From assembly GCF_000091665.1 (NCBI RefSeq), contig NC_000909.1, forward strand, positions 503,581 through 535,580: 32,000 nt of DNA, in the 5' to 3' direction. Shown piece by piece: positions 1 to 9,880 of the stretch (position 1 is its first letter; every line of letters starts with the position of its first letter). The DNA comes from Methanocaldococcus jannaschii DSM 2661 (GTDB lineage: Archaea > AGJL01 > Methanococci > Methanococcales > Methanocaldococcaceae). The position numbers and the translations under genes are program-made. Under the pieces are notes generated by a model. The model was given only the letters and a program-made list of their open reading frames with translations, did not search any database and had not been told where the DNA came from.

Positions 1-926
1 GAAAATGGCTTTGAAACATCGAATGTAAATTTAAACAACATCCATAAAAATGGGATAATCAATAAAGTTCCTATTTTTTCATCTGTTAAAACATCATCAA
101 GCATTTCAGTAGTTGTTAGCTTTCCAGAAGTTTTTTTCATTACTTCTTTAACTATTTTATCAATAACCTTATACCTCTCCTCAACTATCCCCAATTCTGC
201 CTCTCCATATTTTTTAGATAATTCATTTATAATACTATCCAATACTGGTTTTAATTCATTCCAAACTTTGCTATTTTTTACAATCTCTTCAACATACTTA
301 TCATTTTCAAGGAGCTTTATAGCCAAATATCTCAGATTATACTTCTTTAAATCTTCATCCTTCTGTAAAATAGAGGTTATTTTTTTAATGTAAGGCTCAA
401 AGTTTGGATACTTGATTTCAGCTGTTTTTTTATCTTTTACAGCTATAGATATAGCTTTTTTTAAATCTTCAATACCCATCTTTTTAGCTGCAGATAAAGG
501 AACAACTTTAACTCCTAAAATCTTCTCTAATTTATCTACATCAATCTCTATTCCTAAACTTTTAGCTAAATCCATTTTATTTAAAGCCAACAATAAATTA
601 GCCCCCATTTCCATTAACTGTAAAGTTAAATATAGATTTCTTTCTAAGGCAGTAGCATCAACAATATTAACGACTAAATCTGGTTTTTCGTTTATTATGT
701 AGTCTCTTGCAATAATCTCATCAATAGAATTGGCTGTTAAACTATAAACTCCAGGTAAATCAACAACTTTAAATTTTTCTCCATTATATTCAAACTCTCC
801 TTCTTTTTTCTCTACAGTTACTCCAGGCCAATTTCCAATATATACATTTTCCCCAGTTAAAGCGTTAAATATGGTAGATTTACCAACGTTTGGGTTACCG
901 ATTAAAGCTATTTCATAGCTTTTCAT
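1..926 (-). CDS. feoB: Ferrous iron transporter FeoB, N-terminal part (G-domain, helical domain, start of membrane domain); the ORF runs off the left edge of the window
   Basis: Absent from the ORF track because no stop codon lies in the window. Translation from the ATG (complement of 924-926) gives [45 protein letters not shown]...DLPGVYSL...ALNKMD. This shows the GTPase motifs G1 (GNPNVGKS), G3 (DLPG) and G4 (NKMD) typical of NFeoB. The start overlaps the feoA stop by 14 nt. Confidence 0.93.
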   Translation of the reverse strand, partial: MKSYEIALIGNPNVGKSTIFNALTGENVYIGNWPGVTVEKKEGEFEYNGEKFKVVDLPGVYSLTANSIDEIIARDYIINEKPDLVVNIVDATALERNLYLTLQLMEMGANLLLALNKMDLAKSLGIEIDVDKLEKILGVKVVPLSAAKKMGIEDLKKAISIAVKDKKTAEIKYPNFEPYIKKITSILQKDEDLKKYNLRYLAIKLLENDKYVEEIVKNSKVWNELKPVLDSIINELSKKYGEAELGIVEERYKVIDKIVKEVMKKTSGKLTTTEMLDDVLTDEKIGTLLIIPFLWMLFKFTFDVSKPF

Positions 927-1161
927 TCTCTCCCCCATACTCAGCATCCTCTACCATTATTTTCATCGCTAAACCTCTCCCTATTGCTATATTGCTTCCT
1001 TTAGTTGATATTATTACAGGTCCATTCTGATTTCTTATAACTTTTAATTTACTTCCTATATTAATCCCCATGCTTACCAATCTCTGCATAGCTCCACAAC
1101 CAGCGTCAATTTTCTTTACTATAACTTCCTCTCCCTCTTTTGCAAATGCTAATGGATACAT
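913..1161 (-). CDS. feoA: FeoA-family small iron-transport accessory protein
   Basis: An 82-aa ORF immediately upstream of feoB and overlapping it. The pattern [16 protein letters not shown]...[15 protein letters not shown] is FeoA-like. Confidence 0.85.
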   Translation of the reverse strand: MYPLAFAKEGEEVIVKKIDAGCGAMQRLVSMGINIGSKLKVIRNQNGPVIISTKGSNIAIGRGLAMKIMVEDAEYGGENEKL

Positions 1162-1181
1162 AATACCACAACATTTATATA

Positions 1182-1228
1182 TGGTTAAATGATTTAATTA
1201 TAGTTAAAATTTTTAACCGTAGTTAAAT
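1182..1228. promoter_or_regulatory. Candidate operator cluster in the divergent feoA / repressor promoter region
   Basis: Three direct copies of t(g/a)gttaaa(t/a) lie at 1182-1190, 1201-1209 and 1220-1228, spaced exactly 19 bp apart. There is a perfect 7-1-7 palindrome gttaaaatttttaac at 1203-1217 and a second palindrome ttaac-cgta-gttaa at 1213-1226. Confidence 0.35.
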
Positions 1229-1265
1229 AATAACATGCAGGGTATAAAAACCTTTCGGTGGCATC

Positions 1266-1643
1266 ATGTCTCAAAGTATTGAGGATTATTTAGAGAGGAT
1301 TTATTTATTCATAAAAGAAAATAACAGACCAATAAAAACAACTGAACTGGCTAAATTGTTAAATATAAAGCCATCAGCAGTTACAAATATGGCAAAAAAA
1401 CTGCATAGATTGGGTTATGTTAATTATGAGCCATATATTGGGATAACTTTAACTGAAAAAGGCATTGAAGAGGCTAAAAAAATATTGGACAAACATAAAA
1501 CAATTAAAATATTTTTAGTGGAGTTTTTAGGATTGGATGAAAAAACAGCATCTGAAGAAGCTTGCAAATTAGAACATGCATTATCAGATGAAATATTAGA
1601 GAGATTAAAAATTTTTATGGAGAAATTTAAAGATAAAGTTTAA
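1266..1643 (+). CDS. DtxR/MntR/IdeR-family metal-dependent transcriptional repressor (HTH plus dimerisation domain)
   Basis: The N-terminus SIEDYLERIY...TTELAKLLNIKPSAVTNMAKKLHRLGYVNYEPYIGITLTEKG matches the DtxR-type winged HTH. The gene is divergent from feoAB. Confidence 0.9.
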   Translation: MSQSIEDYLERIYLFIKENNRPIKTTELAKLLNIKPSAVTNMAKKLHRLGYVNYEPYIGITLTEKGIEEAKKILDKHKTIKIFLVEFLGLDEKTASEEACKLEHALSDEILERLKIFMEKFKDKV

Positions 1644-2518
1644 TTTTTTAATTTTAGTCCAATTTTTTTCCCTAATTCAACTGCCTTATCAATCTCATCA
1701 ATTTTACATTTAACCTCTCCAGAGGCATTTTTTAACTCATCGTTGGTAACAACTGCAGCTTTTAATTTTAATAACTCATTTTTTTCATCATAAACTGCTA
1801 AAGCTCCAAATGGAACACTACAACCTCCTCCAAATTCATTTAATGCAGTTCTTTCACATAAACTCTCTAAGTAAGTTCTTTCATGGTTAATCTCTTTTAA
1901 GATGCTTTTCATTTCCTCATCATCTCTTTTGCAAGCAACGGCTATAATTCCTTGAGCAGGAGCTGGAAGGATATCCAATCTTTTATAGTTAAAATCCTCT
2001 AAACTAACTCCCAATCTTATTATTCCAGCTTCAGATAAAACAATAGCATCATAAAGCCCTTCTTTTAGCTTTCTTAATCTTGTATCTACATTTCCCCTCA
2101 ATAACTCAAATTTTGCATTTGGATAAATAAACTTTAAAAAAGCCCTCCTCCTCATACTTGAAGTTCCTATAACTATTTTACTATCTTCATTAAAATCTAT
2201 ATCCTTATTCCATATTAGCAAGTCGTGATAGCTATCTCTCTCCAAAACAGCCCCAACCATTAAATTTTCATTCCAAATAGTTGGAATGTCTTTTAAGCTA
2301 TGAACTGCTATATCAATTTCGTTATTTAACATGGCTAAATCTAACTCCTTTGTAAAAACGCCAATACCTATATCCGATAGCTTTTTATCTAAAACCCTAT
2401 CTCCAGTAGTTTTAATTATCTTTATTTCTACCTTATAACCAAGATTTTTTAATAGTTCAGCCACTTTGTTAGCTTGATATAATGCCAATTTACTACCTCT
2501 TGTCCCTATTCTAATCAT
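1640..2518 (-). CDS. hemC: Hydroxymethylbilane synthase (porphobilinogen deaminase)
   Basis: IRIGTRGSKLALYQA at the N-terminus, the HSLKDIPT motif, and the cofactor-binding Cys in GGGCSVP. Confidence 0.95.
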   Translation of the reverse strand: MIRIGTRGSKLALYQANKVAELLKNLGYKVEIKIIKTTGDRVLDKKLSDIGIGVFTKELDLAMLNNEIDIAVHSLKDIPTIWNENLMVGAVLERDSYHDLLIWNKDIDFNEDSKIVIGTSSMRRRAFLKFIYPNAKFELLRGNVDTRLRKLKEGLYDAIVLSEAGIIRLGVSLEDFNYKRLDILPAPAQGIIAVACKRDDEEMKSILKEINHERTYLESLCERTALNEFGGGCSVPFGALAVYDEKNELLKLKAAVVTNDELKNASGEVKCKIDEIDKAVELGKKIGLKLKN

Positions 2519-2527
2519 AATCTCCCT

Positions 2528-3199
2528 TTATTCTTTATCAACCAATTTTGCCTTTTTTATATGGTAAATTCCCCAAGTTTCATGCCATTCTATCTCTGCC
2601 TCAACAACCTCTATCCTCTTTTTAAACATTGGAGCATCAAAAACGAATGTCTCAGCTTCTCCTCCCTCAAACGCCTTATGTATTCCATATTTTTCACAGA
2701 TATTTAATAATTTATCAATATTTTCCTTGGTTATTCTCTTTCCTAACCATTCTTTTCCTAAGCCATAAGCATAGACACCAACAATTCTCACATTAAAAAG
2801 CTCGCTAACAGTTCTTAAAATCCACTCTGGGTCTTTGTGCCATAATGGAGCAAAGGATTTTAATCCAAGTTCCTCACAAACTCTGTCAATCCTTGACTTT
2901 TGATAAATACTTGCCACAGCTCCTGTAACAATCCCCTCAACATCTAATTTTTCAAGCCCTTTTTTTAAATCTTCAACTTCTTTTTCTTTTTCTCCTTTTG
3001 TGTATAGTTTTATTAGAGGAATTCCTACAGCTTCAGCACTTAACTCAGTTAAATGCACATTTGGAATATGGAACATGTAACTTTCTTTATTCTCACTTTC
3101 AACATTTACAAGGTATTTTACATCAAAACCTTCTTTTAATGCCCAGTATAGTGCATAGTTTGAATCTTTTCCTCCAGAATACAAAACAGCGACTTTCAT
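2528..3199 (-). CDS. PP-loop ATP pyrophosphatase of the MJ0570/Dph6 (diphthine-ammonia ligase-like) family
   Basis: The N-terminal SGGKDS PP-loop ([13 protein letters not shown]) and the overall length and pattern fit the archaeal Dph6-like family. Confidence 0.8.
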
Positions 3200-3229
3200 A
3201 CAATCACCATAAAATTGGTTGGTTATAAA

Positions 3230-3683
3230 AATATAGAGTAAAGTATATATTTTTTGTTACCATAATTTTATTATAGATATAGGTTTGGAATTTCTGATTT
3301 TGTTGTTTGGTTTATTGATTGTCTTGTTGGATAAGTTTAGAATTTGAAAATAAGAGCATTTAGAAGTTATTAATTAGTTCAAAGGATTTTTATTTAATTT
3401 CTAAGGGTTTGCTGGTTTGATTATTTAGAATATTTAAGTTTATTGAATTATTCAGATTTTTGAAAATAAAAATTAAATAATTATCTAAATAAGATTTCTC
3501 TAACAGACAAGTTAAATTTTTGAATTTAAAAAGATAAAAATGCTTAGTTTTAGTAAAGAGATAAAATTTTAAATACTAAAAGGTTTATATTGTAAGATGG
3601 TTATTTACCCTTAGAAAAATATGGTATAGAAAAGCTTAAATATTAAGAGTGATGAAGTATATTATGTTGTGAATGATTGCCCT
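3230..3683 (+). promoter_or_regulatory. CRISPR leader (long AT-rich non-coding region upstream of the first repeat)
   Basis: About 450 bp with no credible ORF, directly abutting repeat 1. Degenerate repeats sit at the opposite end of the array, so this is the leader side. TATA-like tttatatt lies at 3584-3591 and ttaaatatta at 3636-3645. Confidence 0.65.
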
Positions 3684-4536
3684 GTTAAAATCAGACCGTT
3701 TCGGAATGGAAACTCTGATTTTAACTACCGAAATTTTTATATATGGATTTATATATAAATTGTTAAAATCAGACCGTTTCGGAATGGAAACTTTTATCCC
3801 TCCAAAAAATAAAAGAATAAATAAAAGTTAAAATCAGACCGTTTCGGAATGGAAACAGTGTAAATGAAGATTTCTTAACTATATTGCAACAAGCGTTAAA
3901 ATCAGACCGTTTCGGAATGGAAACAATTCTCTACAGAAACTAAATACAAATGACTTGTTAAAATCAGACCGTTTCGGAATGGAAACCAAAACATGAGTGC
4001 AGAAGAGGCAAATAACATTCTACAAGTTAAAATCAGACCGTTTCGGAATGGAAACCCCCCGAAAAGGTTGGAAACTCAGCAAAACTAATCGTTAAAATCA
4101 GACCGTTTCGGAATGGAAATATGGAACAAGAATGAGAATCTCTGGAGTGGATGTTATTAAAGTGTTAAAATCAGACCGTTTCGGAATGGAAACCTTATTG
4201 CCTCTTCAAATCTATAAACTATAGCATCAACACCGGTTAAAATCAGACCGTTTCGGAATGGAAACTTTTTATTTTAATAATGTTTCTATCATCTTAATTT
4301 TGAGTTAAAATCAGACCGTTTCGGAATGGAAACTTTTTATTTTAATAATGTTTCTATCATCTTAATTTTGAGTTAAAATCAGACCGTTTCGGAATGGAAA
4401 CAACTAAATCTAATTGAGATTTTTTTGGTTCATGTCTATTAAAATCAGACTGATTCGGAATGGAAACATAGTTCTTTTTCCTTCTACCTCCCAAAATTGT
4501 TTATAATTAAAATCAGACCTCTAAGAGGATGAAAAC
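3684..4536 (+). CRISPR. CRISPR array with 13 repeats and 12 spacers; consensus repeat gttaaaatcagaccgtttcggaatggaaac (30 nt)
   Basis: Repeats start at 3684, 3762, 3827, 3895, 3957, 4026, 4091 (ends ...aaat), 4164, 4236, 4304, 4372, 4438 (attaaaatcagactgattcggaatggaaac) and 4506 (attaaaatcagacctctaagaggatgaaaac, 31 nt). Spacer lengths are 48, 35, 38, 32, 39, 35, 43, 42, 38, 38, 36 and 38 nt. Orientation is inferred from the leader position and from the degenerate distal repeats. Confidence 0.97.
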
Positions 4537-4814
4537 TAAGAAAAATTATATTTCACTATTTTTTCAAATATTTTTAGTATAAAGAATAAAAATAATTAAA
4601 CTTCTTTAAGAGAAAGCTTTTCCTAAATAGTTTTAATCAAATTTAAAAATAGAACATTATATTCTCTTTTTAGCTTATGAACTAAAAATATAAAAGGTTA
4701 ATAAAAAGATGCTCCAATAACTCCTAACTCCCCAATAAAGAAAAATTTTAAATATACATGGTCTAAAATTTTGTGTGGTTAATCTTATCAATTATAAAAT
4801 AATTTTTGGTGTAA

Positions 4815-6239
<1,425 letters not shown>

Positions 6240-6278
6240 AATCTTTTATTTTTTATTTTTAATTTTTAGGGTGTTAAT

Positions 6279-6539
6279 ATGGATGAAAATATTAAAAAGG
6301 CAGAGTATTATTATAAAAAAGGTGTAGAAGTTGGAAATAAAGGAGATGTAGAAAAAGCCTTAGAGTATTTTAACAAAGCAATAGAATTAAACCCATTTTA
6401 TAGAGATGCATGGTTTAATAAAGCTTTAGCTCTGAGAATTTTGGGGAGGTATGAGGAAGCAAGGGAGTGTTTTTTTAGAGGTTTAGCTGTTGAAAAACAT
6501 CTGACGCATAAAAAATATAATTCTGATGATGAAAAATGA
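6279..6539 (+). CDS. Small TPR-repeat protein
   Basis: Two TPR-like units (AEYYYKKGVEVGNKGDVEKALEYFNKAIELNP / FYRDAWFNKALALRILGRYEEARECF). An SD agggtg lies upstream. Confidence 0.7.
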   Translation: MDENIKKAEYYYKKGVEVGNKGDVEKALEYFNKAIELNPFYRDAWFNKALALRILGRYEEARECFFRGLAVEKHLTHKKYNSDDEK

Positions 6540-6574
6540 ATAAACTTCTTTATTTTATTTTAAAATTTATCGAT

Positions 6575-6634
6575 ATATTTAAATCTTTTTTAAAAATATT
6601 AAAATGTATTAATTAATCGAAAGGTATAAATATT
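6575..6634 (+). promoter_or_regulatory. Conserved 60-bp promoter-proximal element, copy A (ends in TATA-like tataaatatt)
   Basis: Sequence atatttaaatcttttttaaaaatattaaaatgtattaattaatcgaaaggtataaatatt. It matches copy B at 54/60 positions and copy C at 53/60, with no gaps. It ends 46 nt before the ATG at 6681. Confidence 0.6.
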
Positions 6635-6680
6635 ACCTAATATATTTTTACTCATAAGCGGAAAATAATGAGGTGGGGAT

Positions 6681-7250
6681 ATGAATCCAGAGATGATTAT
6701 GGAGATGATGAATTCAGACATTGCTAAAGAAATGGCTCCTAAAATGATGCCAAAGATGATGCCTTTAGCTTTAGAGAAGTTTTTGCAATATATTCCTGAA
6801 AATGAAAGAAAGGAGTTTATAGCAAGAATTGTTGATATAATTGTAAGCAAGGATGAGAATAAAGAAGTTTCTGCTGAATATTTGGATATGTTTGAAGCCC
6901 TACTAAATGTTAAAGGTTTAAAAATCCATTCAAGAGGAGGAAAAGGGGCAATAAAGGAAAAAATATCCCCAATGGATTTGTTTTTAGCTGGGCTTTGTGG
7001 ATGTGTTTGCATAGCTGTTGGTAATACATTAAAAGCTAACAACATAGATGCTGAGATAAAAGTAGATGGAAAGGTTGAGAAATCCTTTGAAGAAGGAAAG
7101 ATAAAGAAGGTAATTATAAACATCTATGTAAAAGTTGATGGAGACATAGACAAAGAGAAATTAAAGAAATTAGTTTTAGAAGGCTCAAAAAAATGTTTAA
7201 TAAGCAACTCTATAAGCTGTGAGATTGAGAAGAATGTCATCCTTGAATAG
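6681..7250 (+). CDS. OsmC/Ohr-family (peroxiredoxin-like) protein with a Met-rich N-terminal extension
   Basis: The C-terminal half resembles OsmC domains, with two Cys regions (LAGLCGCVCIAVG... and KKCLISNSISCEIE). An SD gaggtgggg lies upstream. Confidence 0.65.
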   Translation: MNPEMIMEMMNSDIAKEMAPKMMPKMMPLALEKFLQYIPENERKEFIARIVDIIVSKDENKEVSAEYLDMFEALLNVKGLKIHSRGGKGAIKEKISPMDLFLAGLCGCVCIAVGNTLKANNIDAEIKVDGKVEKSFEEGKIKKVIINIYVKVDGDIDKEKLKKLVLEGSKKCLISNSISCEIEKNVILE

Positions 7251-7283
7251 GATTTGTCTCATTTGAATAACTAAGGGATATTT

Positions 7284-7565
7284 ATGTGGCCTTGTCCAAT
7301 AGGTTTTGGAATGGTTGGATTTCCAATTTTTGGATTTTTCTTTATGGGATTGTTTTTTGTTATTGGAATAGCAGTTTTTATAATAATTATTATTACCATT
7401 GTGGATATTTTAAAGAGGGATGCTTTAGATACTCTTGAAAAAATCTTATGGATATTGGTTGTCTGGTTTTTAGGGATAATTGGAGCAATAATTTACTATC
7501 TGTTATCTAAAAGAAACTCTAAGAGTAAAGGAGATAACAATGGCAAAAATATTGGTAGTAACTGA
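7284..7565 (+). CDS. Small two-TM membrane protein (PLD-N-terminal/short C-terminal-domain-like)
   Basis: Hydrophobic segments are followed by D...[27 protein letters not shown], a pattern seen in PLDc_N-type small membrane proteins. Confidence 0.55.
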
Positions 7566-8229
7566 TGGAGCTTATGGATACAGGATTAAAGGAACAATAA
7601 ACTCCTTTGGAAAGAAAAATAAATTCATTGGAATCTATAAAATCAACAAACCAGATGATTTGATAGTTGATGATATAGAGTTTCCAGATGAGTTGTTGGA
7701 AAAAATTAAAGAGGCTGATATTTTATTGCTTTATACTCAACATCCAGACAACACCTATTATCTCTGCTATGAGGCAAGGAGATTGAATAAAGATATTGCC
7801 ATAATCGTTGCTACGTGGAGTGGAGAGGGAGAGAAGAAGGAGCTAAAGAAGTTTGATGCTATATGTCCAGAAGAGATGTGTTTGTTGGATGAAAATGAGG
7901 TTGGAAGCTTGATAGATAAATATCCAAAATTAAAAGAATTTTTAGAAGAATTTGGAACTCCAAAGGTTAAGGTTTATGTTAAAGACAACAAAGTTATAGA
8001 TGTGGAGGTTTTAAGAACATCTATCTGCGGTTCAACCTTATTTATGGCTAAGCTGATGAAGGGAATGGAGGTTAATGATATTGAAGAATTTGCCAAAAAA
8101 TCTGCCATGCTAATTCAAAGATATCCATGCGTTGCTGGGAAGATAAAAATTTTTAGAGGAGATTGTAGAAAGCAAAAAGCATTAAACATACACAAAGAGG
8201 CTGTTTTAGAAGGGATAATTTTCATTTAA
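7540..8229 (+). CDS. Conserved archaeal hypothetical protein (possibly the DUF166/COG1810 family)
   Basis: An SD aaaggag lies upstream and the gene overlaps its upstream neighbour by 26 nt (operon). The family assignment is from memory only. Confidence 0.5.
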
Positions 8230-8289
8230 ATATTTAAATCTTTTTTAAAAACATTAAAATACATCAATTAATCGAAAACTATAAATATT
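8230..8289 (+). promoter_or_regulatory. Conserved 60-bp promoter-proximal element, copy B
   Basis: Sequence atatttaaatcttttttaaaaacattaaaatacatcaattaatcgaaaactataaatatt. It starts immediately after the stop codon at 8227-8229 and ends 51 nt before the ATG at 8341. Confidence 0.6.
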
Positions 8290-8340
8290 TGTTGTGTATT
8301 TTATTTTACCCATAAGTGGATATTTTAAAAGAGGGAGAGC

Positions 8341-9384
8341 ATGTTAGAGGCGTGTGAATCAAAATTAGACATAATTAAAAACTTCGTCCCTTCATGGTTT
8401 GCTGCAGTGATGGGAACTGGAATCTTAGCAGTTGATAGCTTACTATATTCATCTTATTTGCCAATTTTAAAAGATGTTGCAGTTGGATTGTTTTATTTCA
8501 ATGTTTTGTTGTTCTTTATATTCTTAGTTCCCTGGGTTTTAAGATGGATTATGTTCAAAGATAATGCTTTAGCTGATTTAAAGCATCCAGTTTTGAGTGC
8601 CTTTTATCCAACCATTGCAGTTAGTTGTTTAGTTTTAGGAGCTGACTTTATAAATATAGGGCATAATATGTTTTGGGGTGGAGTATTTTGGACTCTTGGT
8701 GCTATTGGCATGTTTTTATTCAGTTTGATAGTTCCGTTTTATATGTTTAAGTCTGAAAGTATAAAGTTAGACCATGTTAATCCGGGTTGGTATATTCCAC
8801 CTGTTGGTTTGATAGTTATTCCAATTGCCGGGAGTTTGATAATGCCTCATTTAACTGGAGTTTGGCATGAATTAACAGTTCTTATTAACTACTTCGGTTG
8901 GGGGGCTGGATTTTTCTTATATTTAGCTTTATTAGCAGTGGTAATTTATAGGTTTATACTGCATCATCCTCTACCCTCAGCAATGGCTCCAACAGTATGG
9001 ATTAACTTGGGGCCAATAGGGGCTGGAATTGTTGCCTTAATAAACATGGTTAATAACTCCCCATTCATAACAATAAAAGAGCCGTTTTATATCTTCTCCT
9101 TCATATTCTGGGGGTTTGGATTATGGTGGAGTTTGATGGCTATAATAATGACTCTCTACTATGTTAAAAAGCTAAAACTTCCTTATGCAATGTCATGGTG
9201 GGCATTCATCTTCCCATTGGGAGCTTATGTTGCATCATCACATTTAGTTTATAAAATATTCAAATTTAGTATAATCGATTACATAGGCTTTGGATTATAC
9301 TGGTTGTTATTCTTCTTCTGGGCGATAACTTTAATAAAAACAACAAACAAAGTTTATACTGGAGAAGTGTTTAAAGGTCATTAA
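8341..9384 (+). CDS. TDT-family (TehA/Mae1/SLAC1-like) anion / C4-dicarboxylate transporter
   Basis: About 10 predicted TM segments. The N-terminal FVPSWFAAVMGTGILA motif is characteristic of TehA-type transporters. Confidence 0.85.
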   Translation: MLEACESKLDIIKNFVPSWFAAVMGTGILAVDSLLYSSYLPILKDVAVGLFYFNVLLFFIFLVPWVLRWIMFKDNALADLKHPVLSAFYPTIAVSCLVLGADFINIGHNMFWGGVFWTLGAIGMFLFSLIVPFYMFKSESIKLDHVNPGWYIPPVGLIVIPIAGSLIMPHLTGVWHELTVLINYFGWGAGFFLYLALLAVVIYRFILHHPLPSAMAPTVWINLGPIGAGIVALINMVNNSPFITIKEPFYIFSFIFWGFGLWWSLMAIIMTLYYVKKLKLPYAMSWWAFIFPLGAYVASSHLVYKIFKFSIIDYIGFGLYWLLFFFWAITLIKTTNKVYTGEVFKGH

Positions 9385-9400
9385 TAAAAGGGTGAGTGTT

Positions 9401-9880
9401 ATGTATAAAAAGATTCTTTATCCAACTGACTTCTCTGAAACTGCTGAGATTGCATTAAAGCATGTTAAGGCGTTTAAAACTCTTAAGGCGGAAGAAGTTA
9501 TTTTACTGCATGTTATAGATGAAAGAGAAATCAAAAAGAGAGATATATTCTCTCTACTCTTAGGTGTTGCAGGTTTGAATAAATCAGTTGAGGAGTTTGA
9601 AAATGAGCTAAAGAATAAACTTACTGAAGAAGCTAAAAATAAAATGGAAAATATCAAAAAAGAACTTGAAGATGTTGGATTTAAAGTTAAGGATATTATT
9701 GTTGTAGGAATTCCTCATGAAGAAATTGTTAAAATAGCTGAAGATGAGGGAGTAGATATAATTATAATGGGTTCTCATGGAAAAACAAACTTAAAAGAGA
9801 TATTACTTGGTTCAGTTACTGAAAATGTCATTAAAAAATCAAACAAACCAGTTTTAGTTGTTAAAAGAAAAAATAGCTAA
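9401..9880 (+). CDS. Universal stress protein (UspA family, ATP-binding type)
   Basis: YKKILYPTDFSE... and the C-terminal GSHGKTNLKEILLGSVTENVIKKSNKPVLVV (the G-2x-G-9x-G(S/T) ATP motif). The track ORF starts at GTG 9392, which lies inside the SD gggtga (9389-9395). ATG 9401 is the better-spaced start. Confidence 0.93.
   Translation: MYKKILYPTDFSETAEIALKHVKAFKTLKAEEVILLHVIDEREIKKRDIFSLLLGVAGLNKSVEEFENELKNKLTEEAKNKMENIKKELEDVGFKVKDIIVVGIPHEEIVKIAEDEGVDIIIMGSHGKTNLKEILLGSVTENVIKKSNKPVLVVKRKNS

Noticed and set aside
412-702. Track ORF on the + strand (96 aa) inside the feoB region
   Set aside because: It lies entirely antisense to the strongly supported feoB frame. Its composition (F/I/S/L/K-rich) is what the antisense strand of a K/E/I-rich AT-rich gene produces. 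It has no SD.
6599-7123. 174-aa minus-strand track ORF overlapping the OsmC-like gene and conserved element A
   Set aside because: It is antisense to an ORF that has an SD and an OsmC-like domain. Its 3' end runs through the conserved promoter element, which is better explained as non-coding.
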